A stretch of DNA of 37,880 nucleotides from Ginkgo biloba (lineage: Eukaryota; Plantae; Ginkgophyta), in contig JANKJI020000002.1 in the NCBI GenBank assembly GCA_024626585.2, forward strand, positions 166,429,999 to 166,467,878, written 5' to 3'. The notes under the pieces were generated by a model, which saw nothing but the letters and a program-made list of their open reading frames with translations, did no database searches and was not told the DNA's origin. This document shows, piece after piece, positions 34,829-37,880 of the stretch. Both the position numbers and the translations under genes were made by a program. How positions within the stretch are numbered: position 1 is the first letter of the stretch; every line of letters begins with the position of its first letter.

Positions 34829-35970
34829 GATTACTCTAATAGAAACACCTAATGAATCTATATGAACATGGAATATCACATCCCAGTTGGGATGTTTTAG
34901 TATCAACGCATTGGCGAATTTTTCTTTGAGAGTGTCCATCACTTCCTGACACTCTATCGTCCAATTAAACCTTTTCTCATTACTTAACAAATCATCTATT
35001 AGGGTGGAAATATATGAATATTTCCTTATAAACTTCCTATAGTACCTGATGTGACCTAAGAACACTCAAACTCCTTAATGGTCCTTTGGTGGCTTCAAAT
35101 CCATGATAACTTTATTTTTTTCCATATCTAACATTATGCCATATTTACACACTATATGGCCCAATAATACTCTAAATGGAGTAAAGAATATACTTTTTTT
35201 TATATTTAGGAACATCCTAACTTGCCAACATCATTATAGCATCATTCTGAGTTTTTTGATATGATCTTTCAAAGGCCATAAACTGTATAGTCATCAAAAT
35301 AAGCTTCTAAGAATTTATGTATGAATTCTTTAAATACCTTCACTACTATCCTTGAGAATACTGTCAGTGCATTATTCAATCTAAATGGAATTATAGTGTA
35401 TACAAAGGATCCCCATTCTAATGTGAATGTTGTCTTATGTCAGTCTTTGATGATGATCTTAATATGATTATAGCCTTAGAATACATCTATGAAGGAGACA
35501 ATTTTTCTTCTCAAGATGTTTTGTAGGATGTATTCTATATACAGGGTTGGAAATGGATCCATAATGGTTTCTTTGTTTAATTATCAATAATCTATGCAAA
35601 CGCATATATCATTCTTCTATTTCTTTGGTTGAATAACTAAAGGACTCACCCACTCTGCTTCCTAGATGGGTTCAATGAGACCCTACTGTAGCACTTAATC
35701 TAATTATTATGTGACTCCCTCCTTATACTTCATGTTCAATCTATAAGGTCTCTTCTTTAATGGTCTCACATTTGGATTCAATGGGATCCTCATTATGACT
35801 AATTCTTCAACTATCTCATTCATATCCTTAAATTCTTTATCAAATACATCCTGATATTCCTTCAACAATGTAGATATTTTTTCCTGCTATGTAGAGTCCC
35901 AATAATCCCTAATATTATCTATTTTAGGATTATCGTTGGATCCAATGTTGACCTACTTCAACGTAATTTC
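34829..35970 (-). pseudogene. Pre-RT linker, reverse transcriptase and start of RNase H
   Basis: 'VNIGSNDNPK', 'RRPYRLNMKYK', 'EWVSPLVIQPK', 'DPFPT', 'KTTFTLEWGSFVYTIIPFRLNNA', 'FLEAYFDD', 'FLGHIRYYRKFI', 'FHVHIDS'. Confidence 0.95.
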
Positions 35971-36299
35971 CTTGTCAAAATATTATTGTTCTATTTTTGT
36001 AGGTTCCTCCTCTAATTCCCTATCTTCATGAGTTTCTTCCAAGAAGTTCTGAGATACTATCAGTCCTTCTTCTATTGACATCATTGGTGTGTTTCCTTCT
36101 CCTAATAAGGCTTGTACTAGATCTTCCCCTAGTTGCAAGACAAAAATTTTATCATCAAATTCCTCCTGTGTGACTTCTGTCCTCAAATAATGTATCACTC
36201 AAAATGTATTTGTTTATACTTTAACCAATATGCTTTCTTTATTACTTGTCATTGGGGATTCTTCTTCATCTATTATTCTCTCTTCCTCCTTGTCAATTA

Positions 36300-36960
36300 T
36301 ATTTTCTTGGATGTACGATAAGGTGAGTTGGATATTTAGGTTTTTGTTCACTGGTCAAAAATCTTTAACAAAGTTTCCTTCCAACGTCTACCAATACTTG
36401 GTGTTTTTTTTAGCTTCTTCAACTTGATACCAAGTACAGGGAATGAGTTCCAAGGTTTTTAAAAACCTATGTGTTCATTCTTCTTTTGGGATTCCCTCTC
36501 TTTTCCATGCCTCTTTGTACTTATTAATGTATTGCTATGGATCTTACTCTATCATGAATTTACTAATTTCCTTTATTTCTTCGAATCTATCATACAATAA
36601 TGTTGATGCCTATTGACATGTTTTGATCTCATCCTTATGTCCTTTCCACCATCTTGCTACAACACCTACTAGTGACTTTAGCATGATATTAAGTTTACTT
36701 TATTTTATTATTTTCTATGAAACTTCCTTCAAGTATTTCCTTGGTTCTCCAAAATTAACATACCTAATCTCCTTAGGGTCTTCTTGTTATTGTTATTGTA
36801 GTTATTTCCTGTCCTGTAGGTCATTCGTTAGAGGAGGCACCCAATTTTCCTACTACTCTTTGATTCTTTTGTTCTATTATTTTAGCAGAGGAGGCACCCT
36901 TTTTTCCTTCTACTCCTTATCTTTCCTTCCCCTTAGTGTCTTTAGTGACTTATAAAATTA
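36300..36960 (-). pseudogene. gag capsid remnant
   Basis: 'DP*QYINKYKEAWKREGIPKEE*THRFLKTLELIPCTWYQVEE..W*TLEGNFVKDF', with a duplicated agaggaggcaccc..ttttcc unit at ~36830 and ~36887 upstream. Confidence 0.75.
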
Positions 36961-37568
36961 TGGAAATAATATTTTCTTTTTGAATTCGTAGCATTTTTTA
37001 TTCTTTCTGAAGTAGTAGTATCTTTTTTTTTTCATGTAGCATCTCTATAGTTGTGTCTAGGCTAAAAAATCTATTCTAGGGGTTTTAAAATATTATAAAG
37101 AGATATCATTTTTTATTAAGCACATTTGGTGGTGATTCGATGTGTGAAGTGAGGTCATTTAGTCACCAATACCTAGGTCTTAGACAACATCCATAGATAG
37201 ACTTGAGCTTATATGTACCCTCTAGTATATCGAAAGATATCCTAGGCATAAGGGAAACTTAGCCATGGGGAAAATTCAATTGTTTGTAATTTATAGTGCA
37301 CTAGTTAGTGGTTAGTGTTGGGAAGTTACTTTCATTATACCTTGGAGATGGGATAGTGAAGCTACAAGTATAGTGGAACCCTCTATAGTTATTGCTCTAA
37401 AATATTGGGTTGGTCACTATCTACAAATGAGATAAGTATATCTAAGGGACTATAGACCAAACACTCCCTCAGCCTAGTACTCCCAAAATTATAATACAAT
37501 ATTGAAGTAAGGAATATATTGAAGTAAAGAACAATACAATAAGAAAAACTATAAGTATGGAAGAATAA

Positions 37569-37880
37569 AGATCCATAAAATCACTAAGGATATTAGTACA
37601 AGAGTTGGATGAGAGGAAGGCTAGAGGATTATGTTTCAATTATGAGGGAAAATGGTCTAAAGAACATAACTTCACTAAGAAAAGACTCTTCATTAAAGAT
37701 AATATTGAAGAGAATAATAAAGAACACCAAAAAGAGAATTCACTTAAGAAGGAAGGACAAAATACCATGGTCTCTATTCATGCCCTAGAAGGAGTAACTA
37801 CTCCTCAAACAATGAAAATAGAAGGAGAAAATGAGAATAAAGAGATATGGGAAGAAACCTATGATCACAAGATGAAAGGC
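37569..37880 (+). pseudogene. Chromovirus (Reina-like) gag C-terminus and pre-protease linker fragment
   Basis: Open frame to the window end: 'ELDERKARGLCFNYEGKWSKEH...VSIHALEGVTTPQTMKIEG', matching the typical 'RRxKGLCFNCDEKW..GH / ISLHAL.G...PQTM' pattern. Confidence 0.85.

Larger units (their letters stand above)
30960..36960 (-). mobile_element. Degenerate non-chromovirus Ty3/Gypsy element (Athila/Phygy/Selgy-like grade) with gag-pol and a 3' extra ORF
   Basis: gag (~36960-36300), RT (~35800-34900), start of RNase H before the gap, integrase (34728-33765) and an additional same-strand coding region (~33300-30970). LTRs were not identified. Confidence 0.85.

Noticed and set aside
1-37880. 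tRNA, rRNA or conserved miRNA genes
   Set aside because: None recognised by eye. The only tRNA-related sequences are the PBS motifs; a tRNAscan/Infernal run would be needed to exclude them formally.

Overview
AT-rich, strongly CpG-depleted plant nuclear DNA from a gapped assembly (many N-runs, most exactly 100 nt). The element lineages look gymnosperm-like, which is an inference. The window is essentially a graveyard of nested, decayed LTR retrotransposons, and I find no intact host gene. Recognisable pieces: non-chromovirus Ty3/Gypsy integrase fragments (1-722 +, 22935-24118 +); a Ty1/Copia gag-protease fragment (2960-4370 -) cut by a second Copia-type LTR (4371-4815 +); an LTR family present twice (6376-8177 + and 15182-15998 -, the latter with PBS and gag); chromovirus fragments (10690-11690 +, 37569-37880 +); a Copia PPT plus 3' LTR (16236-16459 +); a nearly complete CRM-like element (16782-22142 -); a 2.1-kb solo LTR with a perfect 5-bp TSD (26620-28704); and a Gypsy element (about 30960-36960 -) with a long extra ORF downstream of pol and no recognisable protease active site. 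The most unusual signal is that two unrelated elements each carry three tandem copies of the LTR-end + tRNA-Met primer-binding-site junction, and in the CRM-like element two of the copies sit in anti-PBS hairpins. There is also an isolated CpG-rich island at about 5.0-6.1 kb and a possible cytochrome P450 N-terminal relic at about 30.5-30.8 kb. All translations and counts were done by eye, so boundaries are approximate unless termini are quoted.
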